Assembly: GCA_963662435.1 (NCBI GenBank)
Contig: OY759598.1
Coordinates: forward strand, 1,334,507-1,398,506
Direction of reading: 5' to 3'
Length of the DNA: 64,000 nt
From: Dehalococcoidia bacterium
GTDB lineage: Bacteria; Chloroflexota; Dehalococcoidia; Lucifugimonadales; VXLM01
Shown piece by piece: positions 1 to 10,135 of this stretch. Position numbers and translations under genes: made by a program. The notes beneath the pieces are model-generated. The model did no database searches, was not told the origin of the DNA, and saw nothing but the letters and a program-made list of their open reading frames with translations. Every line of letters starts with the position of its first letter. Within the stretch, counting starts at the first letter, position 1.

Positions 1-881
1 TTGAATCGGGCAACGAGAGCCGCTGCATGGTGGCGCCTACCAGCCATGGTGCCGACGGCTGGGCGACATACGGCGACTTCAGCATCCGTGGCGGTCCTCC
101 ACACCTCACGCATCTGCACCACGCCTCGATGTCCGATGGAGACTATGATACCGTCACCCGCGTCCGAGACCGTTGGATGAACGGCGGTGGAGACGACTGG
201 AATGACATTGAGCCGACCGGCGACCGCGGTGGCGCCCGGACGGAGTACTCCCGGTTCCAGTACTACGACGGCAAGAACCCCGACTGGCCCGTCCGGACCA
301 TGAATGCCGACTACATTCAGGTGGCCGACTACATCGAGGCTATGGAGCGCGACACCCGCACAGTCCAGGAGATCATCGACGACAACAACTGGCCTCCCAA
401 TCCCGTTATCGTCAAGGCACTCATCCAGACGACCATGGGATCGCCCGCGCCGCTGTACAACGGCGGCATCCTCCGCGCGACCGTCCGCTACTTCGATGCC
501 TGCGAGCAACGTCCGGGACTCCCGCCCGATGTGTCCGCCCTAGTCGACGACCTTTCGGCAAACAGGGTCTGCATCCAGCTCGTCAACACGAGCAGCAGCG
601 AGAAACGCTCCCTGATCGTCCAGGCGGGCGCCTTCGGCGAGCATTCATTCACCGACGTGTCCTTCGACGAGACGTCCTACAGCTACACCGGCATCAATCC
701 CGGCCTCCGCACCCGCGCCGAACAGACCACTGGCTGTTCATCGACATCCGTAAACGGCAAGCACTTCTCCGTCGAGCTCCCGCCGATGACCTCCGTCCGC
801 CTCGAATGCGGCCTCGACCGCTTCTCCAACGACCCCAGCTACGCCTTCCCCTGGCACGGCGACTCAGTTCCAATCGAGTAG
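1..881 (+). CDS. Conserved hypothetical protein, 5'-truncated by the window edge
   Basis: The frame is open from the window start to TAG at 881, with GC-rich host-like codon usage. No family recognised with confidence. Confidence 0.7.
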   Translation, partial: ESGNESRCMVAPTSHGADGWATYGDFSIRGGPPHLTHLHHASMSDGDYDTVTRVRDRWMNGGGDDWNDIEPTGDRGGARTEYSRFQYYDGKNPDWPVRTMNADYIQVADYIEAMERDTRTVQEIIDDNNWPPNPVIVKALIQTTMGSPAPLYNGGILRATVRYFDACEQRPGLPPDVSALVDDLSANRVCIQLVNTSSSEKRSLIVQAGAFGEHSFTDVSFDETSYSYTGINPGLRTRAEQTTGCSSTSVNGKHFSVELPPMTSVRLECGLDRFSNDPSYAFPWHGDSVPIE

Positions 882-915
882 GAGCCGCGCCCCTGGGTGC
901 ACATCCCGTATATGC

Positions 916-943
916 AGAGGCGGGTTTCAAACCCGCCCCGACC
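916..943. repeat. REP-like palindrome (GTAG-class-like)
   Basis: gcagaGGCGGGTTTcAAACCCGCCccgac hairpin in an intergenic position. Confidence 0.6.
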
Positions 944-1006
944 CCACCCATTCGAAAACAGCCTTCGTGCCTCCTTCCACCAGTCATTCCTCTGAAAATA
1001 GGCTCA

Positions 1007-2218
1007 TCAGGCAGCCTGGACAGTGACCTTGTACCCTAATCGTTCAATTCTTCTGACAGATGAATCGACTACGTAGTGGTGGGCACGTGTGTCGAAGTAG
1101 TTTGCTCCGAGTTCGACGTATTGAGTGCCGCGTTCAAGCATGTGATAGATCGAGACGATGAGCGAGTGAGCCAAGGCAAGAACGGCCCGCTTGCTTCCCC
1201 GACGGGCTGCGAGTCGACGGTACTGAGCAGTTGAATACGTATCCTTGCTCCGGGCAGCAGACCAGGCGGCTTGTACAAGGGCCTTTGTCAGCCAGTTGTT
1301 GCCATGCCGTGTTCGTCCGCTGCCGCGCTTGCCGGCACTCTCATTGTTCCCAGGACACAGACCCGCCCACGAAGCCAGATGTGATGCTGACGGAAAGCGA
1401 CTCATATCCGTGCCTATCTCAGCCAACACCTCTTCGGCGATCCGACGCCCCACGCCGGGAATCCCATCGAGCAGGCCTATCTGCTCTTCTAAAGGGACCA
1501 TCCGCTCTGAGACCTCCCGATTCAACTCATCTATCTCCGCGTCTAGGAAGTCGAGATGACTCAACTGGCTTCTGAGCATCATGCGCTGATGATCGGACAT
1601 CAGCGCCGCCAGCGCCTGTTCGAGAGCGTCCTGCTTGTTGCGGAGCCTTCCCCTAGCCAACTGCGCCAACTGTTCGGGATCATCGACTCCTCTGACCATT
1701 GCATCAAGCATGGCCCGCCCACTGACGCCAAGTATGTCGGTGGCGACCGATGAGAGCTTGACGTTGCCGCCTTCAAGCACCTTCTGAATACGATTGACGA
1801 CTCGCGACCGTTCCTCAATCATGCTGCGGCGGTATCGAGTCAACTCCCGCAACTCCCTCTGAGGACGGTCGGGAATAAAGCTGGCCCTCAGCAGGCCGTG
1901 CCGCAGAAGAGAGGCTATCCACTCTGCGTCTTTGACATCGGTCTTTCGGCCCGGAACCGTCTTGATGTGCCGAGCGTTGACCACCATCACCTCGAAATCG
2001 TCTTCAAGCAGGTTGTACACAGGCTTCCAATACACACCCGTGCTCTCCATGGCGACATGAGTGACTCGCTGCTCAGCCAGCCAGTCGGCCATCTCGAGCA
2101 GACCCGAAGTCATCGTCGAGAAGGTGCGTGTCGACTGAGATTCCGGGGTGATGACGCAGGCGACCACGGTCTTCTTGTGTACATCCATTCCACAGCAACG
2201 TTCGTAGGTTACGTCCAT
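1007..2218 (-). CDS. IS110-family transposase/recombinase (~403 aa)
   Basis: Motifs [27 protein letters not shown] and [23 protein letters not shown] before ATG 2218. Confidence 0.95.
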   Translation of the reverse strand: MDVTYERCCGMDVHKKTVVACVITPESQSTRTFSTMTSGLLEMADWLAEQRVTHVAMESTGVYWKPVYNLLEDDFEVMVVNARHIKTVPGRKTDVKDAEWIASLLRHGLLRASFIPDRPQRELRELTRYRRSMIEERSRVVNRIQKVLEGGNVKLSSVATDILGVSGRAMLDAMVRGVDDPEQLAQLARGRLRNKQDALEQALAALMSDHQRMMLRSQLSHLDFLDAEIDELNREVSERMVPLEEQIGLLDGIPGVGRRIAEEVLAEIGTDMSRFPSASHLASWAGLCPGNNESAGKRGSGRTRHGNNWLTKALVQAAWSAARSKDTYSTAQYRRLAARRGSKRAVLALAHSLIVSIYHMLERGTQYVELGANYFDTRAHHYVVDSSVRRIERLGYKVTVQAA

Positions 2219-2400
2219 AAGCACTACCCTCCAACTATGATGAATGTCGGTGGGACGACTAGGCGAATGAAGACTTTCCTCTGCGTGCTCTGTGGCGACA
2301 ATTGGTGATACCTTTGAGTCGTCAGGTCCAGATTGGTACTCGGGCTCTCGGCGCCAATGACTACCGGACTCGCGCACACCGACGGACCCCATTTTCATGA
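2219..2400 (-). ncRNA. Putative bridge/seek RNA of the IS110 element (ends approximate)
   Basis: Stem GTCCGG/CTGGAC encloses AGTCATTGG and TACCAAT, which match the two halves of the reconstructed target. CAGAGGAA (2283-2276) is complementary to the element end at 987-994. Confidence 0.7.
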
Positions 2401-2455
2401 TTGGTGGTGTCGGTGACAACCGACATGTGCGATTGGTAGGAAAAGACCGTTTAGC

Positions 2456-2482
2456 GTCATTCCCGCGCAGGCGGGAATCCAT
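2456..2482. repeat. dRS3-like palindromic repeat ATTCCC-N8-GGGAAT
   Basis: gtcATTCCCgcgcaggcGGGAATccat. Confidence 0.65.
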
Positions 2483-2738
2483 CTTTGGTCGCTGCCACAG
2501 ATCCAATGGCGACAATAAACGAAATTCTCATTTCTAGTTGAGATTGCTAGTCGTGCAAGCCACAAGGTTGCATCAGTGATCTCGGCAGAGGAACATCACC
2601 CAAGCTCCAAGTACGAACCAGTGATCCTCTAGTGTCAGCCAGCGAAATCATAGTCACACAGCAACAAATTAGTATAATGAATCAAACCTTATGCCACTCA
2701 AAAGGGGCGCGCCGAGTCGCTTCATTGGAGGATATTCA

Positions 2739-3797
2739 ATGGAATCACTTGAGGACGTGGTCAACCTTCTGCGTCACAGACGTCGCCATGACCTCGCCAG
2801 GCTATTATCACAGTCCACAGTGGAATTCTTCGAGATAGATGAAGCGTCCATCATTCCAACTGGAATGACAGTAGTAATTGGCAAGGCCGATATCTGTGCG
2901 CCGATTTCCGACTATGATCTTCTTAGATCCCTCTCCAAACAAGACAATCACCATATTCTCGAAGCGGTTCAAGAGATTTGGCCGTATGAGGAACGAGAAG
3001 GCGGTATGGCGATCAATCAAATTGGATATCGACTCGACCAGAGTTCTCTCAGGGACGAATCGTACAACGCAGATGCCCTCATTCAACAGTTAGACCGTCT
3101 CCGAAACACCATGATATCGGTCTCTACTGGCGGACCTCGCATTGATGAAGTGAACGCAGAGTACAAGGAGGTTTACAACCAACTGACGGAGGAGTTGGAA
3201 ACTTGGGGACTACAGAATCCCATTCCGTACACTGACCTGTGGGACTGGTATGGGAAATGGAGCGGCGGGGATCTTCCGTCATACCAATCTCGGCGTGAGT
3301 ACATCCGTGATCTCTGTGCGCCCCTAGAAAAGCGTCTACGTGAAGGCCCATCCTCTCGCGGTGCGGAGGTTTTTTCAGAGCCTACGGGGTGGCATCGCGT
3401 AGATCGAACACTGGGGGAGGTACGAACCCAATTGGAAGCCTCTTCAACCGCGGAACAATTCCAGACTGTGGGCCTCTTGTGTCGCGAAACGCTGATTTCA
3501 TTAGCTCAAACTGTCTTCGACCCAGACCAACATCCGCCCATTGATCAGGTGGAAGCTAGTGACACTGATGCGAAGCGGATGCTTGAAAGGTACCTTGCGA
3601 GAGAGGTCGCTGGCAGGTCAAACGCCACCGCACGCAAGCACGCAAGAGTTTCCCTCAATCTCGCCAATGAGTTACAACACAAACGCACTGCAACGTTTCG
3701 TGACGCCGCGCTTTGCGCGGAAGCAACAGCATCAGTTGTCAACATAATCGCGATACTGTCAGGAATACGAGATCCTCAGGGAACAGAGGTTATATGA
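2739..3797 (+). CDS. Hypothetical protein with a probable C-terminal Abi_C/HEPN-like domain (candidate defence gene)
   Basis: GGAGGA RBS and an upstream TATAAT. Visibly AT-richer than its neighbours. The helical C-terminus has CRETL...ANELQH. Confidence 0.55.
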   Translation: MESLEDVVNLLRHRRRHDLARLLSQSTVEFFEIDEASIIPTGMTVVIGKADICAPISDYDLLRSLSKQDNHHILEAVQEIWPYEEREGGMAINQIGYRLDQSSLRDESYNADALIQQLDRLRNTMISVSTGGPRIDEVNAEYKEVYNQLTEELETWGLQNPIPYTDLWDWYGKWSGGDLPSYQSRREYIRDLCAPLEKRLREGPSSRGAEVFSEPTGWHRVDRTLGEVRTQLEASSTAEQFQTVGLLCRETLISLAQTVFDPDQHPPIDQVEASDTDAKRMLERYLAREVAGRSNATARKHARVSLNLANELQHKRTATFRDAALCAEATASVVNIIAILSGIRDPQGTEVI

Positions 3798-4038
3798 AAG
3801 GGCGGGGTATGTGGCTAGCACGGTCCCACGCTTTGGGGTGCTGAGTTCATTCCACACAGCTGATGTAGACGACAGCGAAGAGGTCGGCAAGCCCTACTCC
3901 CTCGAACTAGACCTTGCCACATGGGGATTCACGGTCTCAGGCCACACCACCCGACCCCACCGCGACGACCGCCTCGCCAACGCGTACTCTGGATCGACGC
4001 CCGAACCCTACCCGCTCAAAAGCAGACTGCGGCTCCCC

Positions 4039-4827
4039 CTACTTAACCAGCCGCCGATGCAGCAACCTCGAGGCGATCGGGAACATGACGGCCGTCAGGA
4101 CCAGCACGTACAGGGCGGAATAGAGGTGCGAGATATCCAGGGATTCTGTGACGAATCCTCGGGCAAGGTGTACCAATGGCGTCAGAGGCGCGACCCATGC
4201 AATGGGCTCCACCCACCCCGGCAGGACGGATACGGGGAAGAAAGCCCCGCTGAAGAAGAATAGGGGCGATGCCACCACCGTAAAGGTCAGGGAAAGGATG
4301 TGTACGTTCGGCGACAGGGCGGCGAATATGAGGCCCATAGCACCGAACTGCATTCCGATCATCGCGGCCACCAGCAATATGCCGAATATCGTTAGGGGAT
4401 CGATCCACCCCAGGATAGCAGCTACTGTCCCGATGCAAGTGGCCGTTATCAGCGCCCTGCTCATGGCCCACGATATATCGCCCATGGCGATCTCCCGCGT
4501 GTTGACTGGCGCGGTCATTGTCGTTTCGTAGAGTCCCTTCTGGATGCGGAAGAAGGCCCCCCACGAACACTCGAAAATGGCATGGAACATGGCGGAACCG
4601 GCAATGATGCCGGGCGTGACGAATCGAGCATAGGGCACGCCGTTGACGTCGCCTACCAGTGCGCCAACGCCGAGGGCAAGCGCCATAAGCGCAACGAAGG
4701 GCTCAACGAAGTACCAGGTCGAAGAGGGTATCCACGTACGCCTCAGCACCAGGGCGTGACGAAACCAGATGCCGGTTACGCTGCGTAGTCTGACTCCACC
4801 TATGTACCTTCCTTGTGCAGCTAACAT
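4039..4827 (-). CDS. ABC-2 type transporter permease (NodJ-like)
   Basis: About six hydrophobic segments and FFFSGAFFP...PLTPLV. Coupled to the ATPase by a TAATG overlap. Confidence 0.85.
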   Translation of the reverse strand: MLAAQGRYIGGVRLRSVTGIWFRHALVLRRTWIPSSTWYFVEPFVALMALALGVGALVGDVNGVPYARFVTPGIIAGSAMFHAIFECSWGAFFRIQKGLYETTMTAPVNTREIAMGDISWAMSRALITATCIGTVAAILGWIDPLTIFGILLVAAMIGMQFGAMGLIFAALSPNVHILSLTFTVVASPLFFFSGAFFPVSVLPGWVEPIAWVAPLTPLVHLARGFVTESLDISHLYSALYVLVLTAVMFPIASRLLHRRLVK

Positions 4828-5756
4828 TACTCTTCCGTCAGCTTCGTGCCCGCAACGGTAAGGAAGACATCTTCCAGGTTGGAGGGCCGATACGACACGC
4901 GCACGCCCTCGAGAGCGGACAGGTCCGGCCGGACGCCGCCTCTTGAGGCTACCGTAATCATCGCGCCCGCCTCCCGATAGTCGAACCCTGACTCCTGTAT
5001 CCATCTGACCACGTCTTGGCGCGACCCGTTTGAGACTCTCACCTGTGCCATTTCCGTACCTGCGTGACGATTCACGAGCTCATCCGGCGCTCCCTCGGCC
5101 AGGATCTTGCCGTGGTGCATGATGGCCAGCCTGTCGCACAGCGCCGCGGCCTCATCCATGTAGTGCGTGGACATGAAGACTGTTACCCCGGCCTGCTTCA
5201 TGGTCTCAAGCTCCTGCCAGACGCTATTGCGTCCGTGCGGGTCAAGGCCGGTCGTGGGCTCGTCGAGGACGATGACCTGGGGCTTCGTCATGAATGCCCT
5301 TGCGATGGCGAGGCGTCTCTTCATGCCGCCGGAGAGGTTGTCGATTTCCTCATCGGCCTTGTCGGTGAGATCGAAATACATCAAAACGGCGTCGGCCCTT
5401 TGCTCGGCCAGTGAGTGCGAAAGCCCGGCGATGAAACCGTACACGATGAGGTTGTCCCTTGCGTTGAGGTCTGTGTCGAGCCCGTCCTGCTGAGTCACCA
5501 CGCCCAGGACATTGCGTACTTCCCTCGCCTGCCGGGACACGTCGATGCCCGCCACGGTCAACTCCCCGCCGGTCAGCGGAGAAAGACCGCTCATGAGTCG
5601 CATCGTCGTGGTCTTACCTGCCCCGTTGGGACCCAGCAGCCCATAGGTCTCGCCACGGCGCACTTCGAAGGAAACGCCATCGACGGCGACGACCTCTCCA
5701 TACAGCTTCGCTATGCTCGATGCGCGAATGACTATGTTGTCCGACTGGCCGTTCAC
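4827..5756 (-). CDS. ABC transporter ATP-binding protein (NodI-like)
   Basis: Walker A GPNGAGKT, signature LSGGM, Walker B LDEPTTGLD. GTG start after AAGGA. Confidence 0.92.
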   Translation of the reverse strand: MNGQSDNIVIRASSIAKLYGEVVAVDGVSFEVRRGETYGLLGPNGAGKTTTMRLMSGLSPLTGGELTVAGIDVSRQAREVRNVLGVVTQQDGLDTDLNARDNLIVYGFIAGLSHSLAEQRADAVLMYFDLTDKADEEIDNLSGGMKRRLAIARAFMTKPQVIVLDEPTTGLDPHGRNSVWQELETMKQAGVTVFMSTHYMDEAAALCDRLAIMHHGKILAEGAPDELVNRHAGTEMAQVRVSNGSRQDVVRWIQESGFDYREAGAMITVASRGGVRPDLSALEGVRVSYRPSNLEDVFLTVAGTKLTEE

Positions 5757-6258
5757 GTCAGTTCCTTTATTCCGAATTCCTCTTGATCGAAGTTGGTTCT
5801 GCCCGAGACGCGACACGCAGTTATACCACAACCAACTTGCTCAGGGATAATGCTTGCGGCCCGCTGAAAAGGCCCTGCGAGGTAGTGTAGCACCAAAATG
5901 GCATGATATTGAACAATTTCTCGCACGGCACCGCCTGATGGCAAAATGGACGCATCAACCCCGATATCATCGTGACGTTCGCGTTAGTTCAGCCCTGGCG
6001 TTCAGGTGCTTCCACCACCTACGAGTTCCTCCCGCCCTGCCAGACCTCCCGTTCGCCATTCCCGGAGTCGACGAGATTCGCTGTTTCAGTTTACAGACGC
6101 TCCCTCTCGCATAAGTCACATGGCAGCTTGCGGCTCGGCCGTCAATGTCGCTAGCCCCTCTCGACTCCCATCGCTGCAGCTGTTCAGAGTTGGTGAGATT
6201 GCGCGAATTGTTCTCTCGCCGTCTTTCTGAGGAGCGCATCGACGAAGAATCTACAATT

Positions 6259-6293
6259 TCTCCCCCGCTGGGAGAGAGATACAGAGAGGGGGT
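6259..6293. repeat. REP-like hairpin TCTCCC..GGGAGAGA..AGAGAGGGGG family
   Basis: Related copies at ~9781-9816 (reverse) and ~37671-37710. Confidence 0.55.
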
Positions 6294-6459
6294 CTTCGCG
6301 ATTCAATTCACCCAGACTGAACAATTACCCATCACCCAGTTCTCTTGCAACCACCACTCCCCCATGCTTTAATCGCCCGCACAAACGCGCCCAAACTGCC
6401 ACAACTCCAAGCGGTCACGGGAAGCGTCGAGCAATTCACGTCCGGCGAGAGGAGCACAA

Positions 6460-7713
6460 GTGATGAAAGTTGACAGGGACAGGTTCATGGAGCAGGGATT
6501 CCTGATACTTCGGAATGTGATTCCGCCAGACAAGCTGGAGGCCATGCGCGCCGGCTGCGAGACGATCCTGGACAGGCAGAAAGTGGTATGGGCCGCCGAA
6601 CGAGCGCCCGATGACCCACCGGGCGGACAGTACGAGACCGCCCGGCAGCCCCGTGTCCACATGGAGCAACCTGGACTGATCGACGAGAAGACGGCAAATG
6701 TCGTCGAGGACTTCTGGGTCGCTGACCAGACGCTGGACATTGCGTCGCAGCTCCTGTGCAATCCCCAGCCCAACGTCACCAGCATGATGATGATGTGCAA
6801 CCCCGTGCGTGACTGGCCGGGCGGCACCGGCTGGCATCGTGACGTCCACCCGACCGACATGGCGCCGATGGACGCGCTTGCGGCGGACCTGATGGAGAAC
6901 GGTCCGAGATACACCCAGTGGAACGTGCCGATGTACGACGACAGCGTCCTGTGGGTCGTCCCCGGCAGCCACCGGAGGCGCAACACTGAAAGGGAAAATA
7001 CCGAGTTCATGAAGGACATGGCGGGGTATTCGGAGATCTCGAACGAACGCCTGCAAAGCGCCGCCGAAGGCATTTCCGTCCAGCTGAACGCCGGGGACGG
7101 CGTCGTCTACAGCAACTTCCTCCTCCACACCGGGAGCAACTACACGACGAAGAAGCGGCGGACGCTCCACGGCGGCCACGCGATATTCGGGCAATACCCG
7201 GAGATGGGATTCGCCGATAGCCTCGCTCCCTCGTCAAGGGAGAAGTTCGAGTCCTTCGCTCGCCGGGGCGAGGAGATGAAGGACGCCACCGAGGCTGCCC
7301 TCCGCGCCGTCATCTCCAGGGATGCTGGCGGGTACCGGGCTGCGCTGGAGTCGCTGCAGCCCGGCGCAGGCCCCCACGGCAAGACGGTTCTGACGATCTA
7401 CCTGTCGAAGGCCGCGCTCCACATCCGGGCGCTGAAGGACCCCGGATTCGACGTGACCGAGGAGTCCCGGAGCCGCGCCGCGTCGACCCATGACATCACC
7501 CTGAACTGGGGACCCAAATTCGCCGACCGGTTTACAGACGAGGAGTCGAGGGTCCTTTGGGAGCGATTCGAGCCGTTGGACGGCATGCTCCAGGGAGACG
7601 AGGAGATGTTCGAGCCGTCGTTCCAGTCAGGCCCCATCCGCTACTACTTCAGCGACCTGCCGGACGGCGTCGATACGGAATCGTTCATCGCCGGCTGGGC
7701 GAATGGCGGCTAG
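6460..7713 (+). CDS. Phytanoyl-CoA dioxygenase (PhyH) family Fe(II)/2-oxoglutarate oxygenase with C-terminal extension
   Basis: FMEQGFLIL, WHRD (HxD), VPGSH, AGDGVVY...LHTG, RRTLH. GAGGAG RBS. Confidence 0.85.
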   Translation: MMKVDRDRFMEQGFLILRNVIPPDKLEAMRAGCETILDRQKVVWAAERAPDDPPGGQYETARQPRVHMEQPGLIDEKTANVVEDFWVADQTLDIASQLLCNPQPNVTSMMMMCNPVRDWPGGTGWHRDVHPTDMAPMDALAADLMENGPRYTQWNVPMYDDSVLWVVPGSHRRRNTERENTEFMKDMAGYSEISNERLQSAAEGISVQLNAGDGVVYSNFLLHTGSNYTTKKRRTLHGGHAIFGQYPEMGFADSLAPSSREKFESFARRGEEMKDATEAALRAVISRDAGGYRAALESLQPGAGPHGKTVLTIYLSKAALHIRALKDPGFDVTEESRSRAASTHDITLNWGPKFADRFTDEESRVLWERFEPLDGMLQGDEEMFEPSFQSGPIRYYFSDLPDGVDTESFIAGWANGG

Positions 7714-7720
7714 AGTCGGC

Positions 7721-8413
7721 TCACTCCACCAGCGTTAGAACCTCAGCCACGGACGAGATTCGGGTACCCTGCCAGTCCTCGCGGTCACCGTTTTCGGTGT
7801 CGTAAGGGGCCCGGATGAGCACCGCATCCATACCCACTTTGGACGCGCCCGTAAGCTCGCCACTGCCCCCGTCCCCGATGAATAAGCAGTCGCGCGGCTC
7901 AACTTCGAGACGCTCGCAGGCCAGATGGTAGATTCTCGGGTCGGGTTTCACCAGGCCAACGTCAAACGAGAGGATGGACGCGTCCAATAGTTGAGCAAAT
8001 CGCGTGGAAGGCCACAGTTCGCTGGTGTCGCCGAGGCAGTTGCTTATGAGTCCGATCTTTGTGCTTGCATCGCGGAGTCTTCCCAGCGTCTCAACGGTAC
8101 CCTCCCTTGGTTTCAGTGCACATCTGACGTATTCCAGTCCAACTTCGGCGGCGTGTTTCAATTCATCTTCAGCCACGTCAATGTCGAGGGTGTCACAAAT
8201 GAACTCGTATGGAGCATGGCCCCCTGCGATCTTGCCAACACTCTGATGCGGGACCGTCTCCGACCACACATGCGTAAAGTCGTCGACGGGAACTCGGAGA
8301 ATAGCAGCCGCTTTCGACTTCCAACGCCGGTACTTCACTTCCTGTCTGTGCGGATACCGGAGCTCATCCACCAACGTCCCGTACAGATCAAAGAGAACGG
8401 CCCGGTACTTCAC
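7721..8413 (-). CDS. HAD-IA family hydrolase
   Basis: FDLYGTL, ISN, KPDPRIY, FIGDG motifs. Confidence 0.9.
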   Translation of the reverse strand: MKYRAVLFDLYGTLVDELRYPHRQEVKYRRWKSKAAAILRVPVDDFTHVWSETVPHQSVGKIAGGHAPYEFICDTLDIDVAEDELKHAAEVGLEYVRCALKPREGTVETLGRLRDASTKIGLISNCLGDTSELWPSTRFAQLLDASILSFDVGLVKPDPRIYHLACERLEVEPRDCLFIGDGGSGELTGASKVGMDAVLIRAPYDTENGDREDWQGTRISSVAEVLTLVE

Positions 8414-8697
8414 CTCAGGCCTAACTGCTCAGCCACGTCGTCCGGCAGTTCGACCGAAGTAATCCCCTGCCCTGCAATCTCCCGCAAAAGTTCAGGCAAC
8501 GCCGCCTGGCGCTCGTTCAGGCGCGTCCTCATGATGATGAGGTTGGTCAAGGTCTCCTTCATCTCGGACGACGACTCTCCACCGTGTGTGGGCACGGCCC
8601 TCTGGAGGGCGCGCAGCACTCCGAGAAGAGCTTCGCTCCGCTGATTAGCGTGTTCGAGCGCTCGCGTAATTCGTTCTATGGAGACATCAGTCGTCAC
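8410..8697 (-). CDS. Small hypothetical protein
   Basis: 95-aa helical ORF between the Nudix and HAD genes, with a GTGA overlap with the HAD gene. Confidence 0.6.
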   Translation of the reverse strand: MTTDVSIERITRALEHANQRSEALLGVLRALQRAVPTHGGESSSEMKETLTNLIIMRTRLNERQAALPELLREIAGQGITSVELPDDVAEQLGLR

Positions 8698-8712
8698 AGC
8701 TCTAGACTACCC

Positions 8713-9474
8713 TCACTCCGTCCCATCCTTCGGAAAAAACACCTCGACCTTGGCGGGGTCCCGATAGCCGTCGATGGTGATCGGCCCGAATCCCGGCATC
8801 TCGATCGCCGCGCGTACGATTTCCTTGTTGAAGATGCTGACGCTCTCGGCGTTCAGGTACGCTTCTACCGGCATCCACACACACTCGGCGATCTCGTCTT
8901 CCTGCAAGGCGATGCTGTCTGTCAGCGGCTCCAAACGGCATACAAAGTAGATGTCCGACTTGCCGTGCCGGTAGGCGTGCTGATGGCGAAAGCAGACGAG
9001 AGAGACGAATCGTGACTGAATGCCCGTCTCCTCCAACACCTCGCGTACAACGGCGTCGGCCAGATGCTCCTCCTCGTGCAGGTGCCCTCCCGGCAGCTTG
9101 AAGGAGCCGGAACCGACTCCTCCCCGTTTCTCGCGCACCACCAGGATTTCGTTGTCTGCGTTAATCACAACCCCGCCCGCGCCGATGTAGTGCGTCGAGT
9201 AGTTCGGGACGAAGGCCTCTTCCTCCAGCCGCTTGAGCATCATCACGTAGCTGTCGTCGGCGTGGTGGTAGGTGAACCCCTCGACGGCGGCGACGGGAAC
9301 GAGCCCTGCCCTGTTCAGAGGGACTTCCAGCCAGACCAACTTATAGCCTACGCCGATCCAATCTCTGAGGGAGCGGTTAAGCCGGAGTGCGAATTCCGTC
9401 GGGTCGGCGGGGAGAACGTCGGGGTCAGGGACAATCCCGCCGAAGGGGTTGGGAGTCGCGCTGAGCGGTTCCAT
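8713..9474 (-). CDS. Nudix hydrolase (NUDT6-like)
   Basis: Nudix box GGHLHEEEHLADAVVREVLEETGI and an N-terminal domain with GFTYHHA. Confidence 0.9.
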   Translation of the reverse strand: MEPLSATPNPFGGIVPDPDVLPADPTEFALRLNRSLRDWIGVGYKLVWLEVPLNRAGLVPVAAVEGFTYHHADDSYVMMLKRLEEEAFVPNYSTHYIGAGGVVINADNEILVVREKRGGVGSGSFKLPGGHLHEEEHLADAVVREVLEETGIQSRFVSLVCFRHQHAYRHGKSDIYFVCRLEPLTDSIALQEDEIAECVWMPVEAYLNAESVSIFNKEIVRAAIEMPGFGPITIDGYRDPAKVEVFFPKDGTE

Positions 9475-9673
9475 GCGGGCAGTATAGTGAAGCGAGACCT
9501 GACGGTAAAGCCCTTCGTGTGGTCGAAGGTTTCCTGTCCAGGGATGCGTAGGGCAACGGGGTCCACCAGTTGGAACATCCTACAATCGGTAGAAGGATCT
9601 TCCCGACATAGAGTGCGTCGGACTGTGATTGATCAAAGGTGAAGGCAGAAGGAACGTAGGGGCTGTTCTCATT

Positions 9674-9996
9674 CAGGGGGTACGTTATACCCAGACATTT
9701 CCGGACATTTTCGGACATTGCTTTCTGTGATGCGAGGTAATTTGTAAGGACGTAACTTTTTGTATGTGGTGTGGGGATGACCCCTTCTCTGTGTCTCTCT
9801 CCCCGCGGGGGAGAGATTAGTGGTGTGGCGTCTCTCCCGGCAGGGGAGAGATTGCTGGTACCTACGCAGGGGGTGCGATCTGACCGGACATTTTCGGACA
9901 TTTTCGGACATTGCTTTCTGTGATGCGAGGTGTCTTGTAAGGACGTAAGCTTATTCGTATGTGGTGAGGTGTCTCTCCAGGCAAGAGAGAGATTGG
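9674..9996. repeat. Imperfect direct repeat (9674-9856 and 9867-9996), each copy with three phased 10-bp GGACATTTTC-like units
   Basis: Both copies share cggacattttcggacattgctttctgtgatgcgaggt...tgtaaggacgtaa...gtatgtggtg. Confidence 0.85.
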
Positions 9997-10106
9997 TAAA
10001 GGACTGACGTCCAACAGCGCGAAAACGTGGAACCATCCTGACACGTTCTGACATGCCTCCTCTTGCGGACTGCGATTTTGCCGATTCGTCCTCGAATGTT
10101 TATCAA

Positions 10107-10135
10107 ATGGTAGGACGTGTGTTCTATCGTGTCAA
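10107..10135 (-). promoter_or_regulatory. Sigma70 promoter TTGACA-17-TACCAT with an overlapping LexA-type box (AGAAC-ACAC-GTCCT)
   Basis: Consensus -35 and 17-bp spacer. The box is one mismatch from AGAAC-N4-GTTCT. Confidence 0.7.

Larger units (their letters stand above)
986..2434 (-). mobile_element. IS110-family insertion sequence, apparently complete, with ATT core at both junctions
   Basis: DEDD recombinase ORF plus a ~215-bp upstream non-coding end. ATT occurs at 986-988 and 2432-2434. Both ends recur at 30374-30525. Confidence 0.85.

Noticed and set aside
2219..2515. 99-aa N-terminal extension of the IS110 transposase in the ORF track
   Set aside because: It runs through the non-coding end and beyond the element. 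The RBS and family homology start at ATG 2218.
5850..6260. Possible decayed gene (DUF559-like ERRRENNSRNLTNSEQL next to a REP-like hairpin)
   Set aside because: The resemblance is limited to a few residues and no further motifs were found. Left unannotated.
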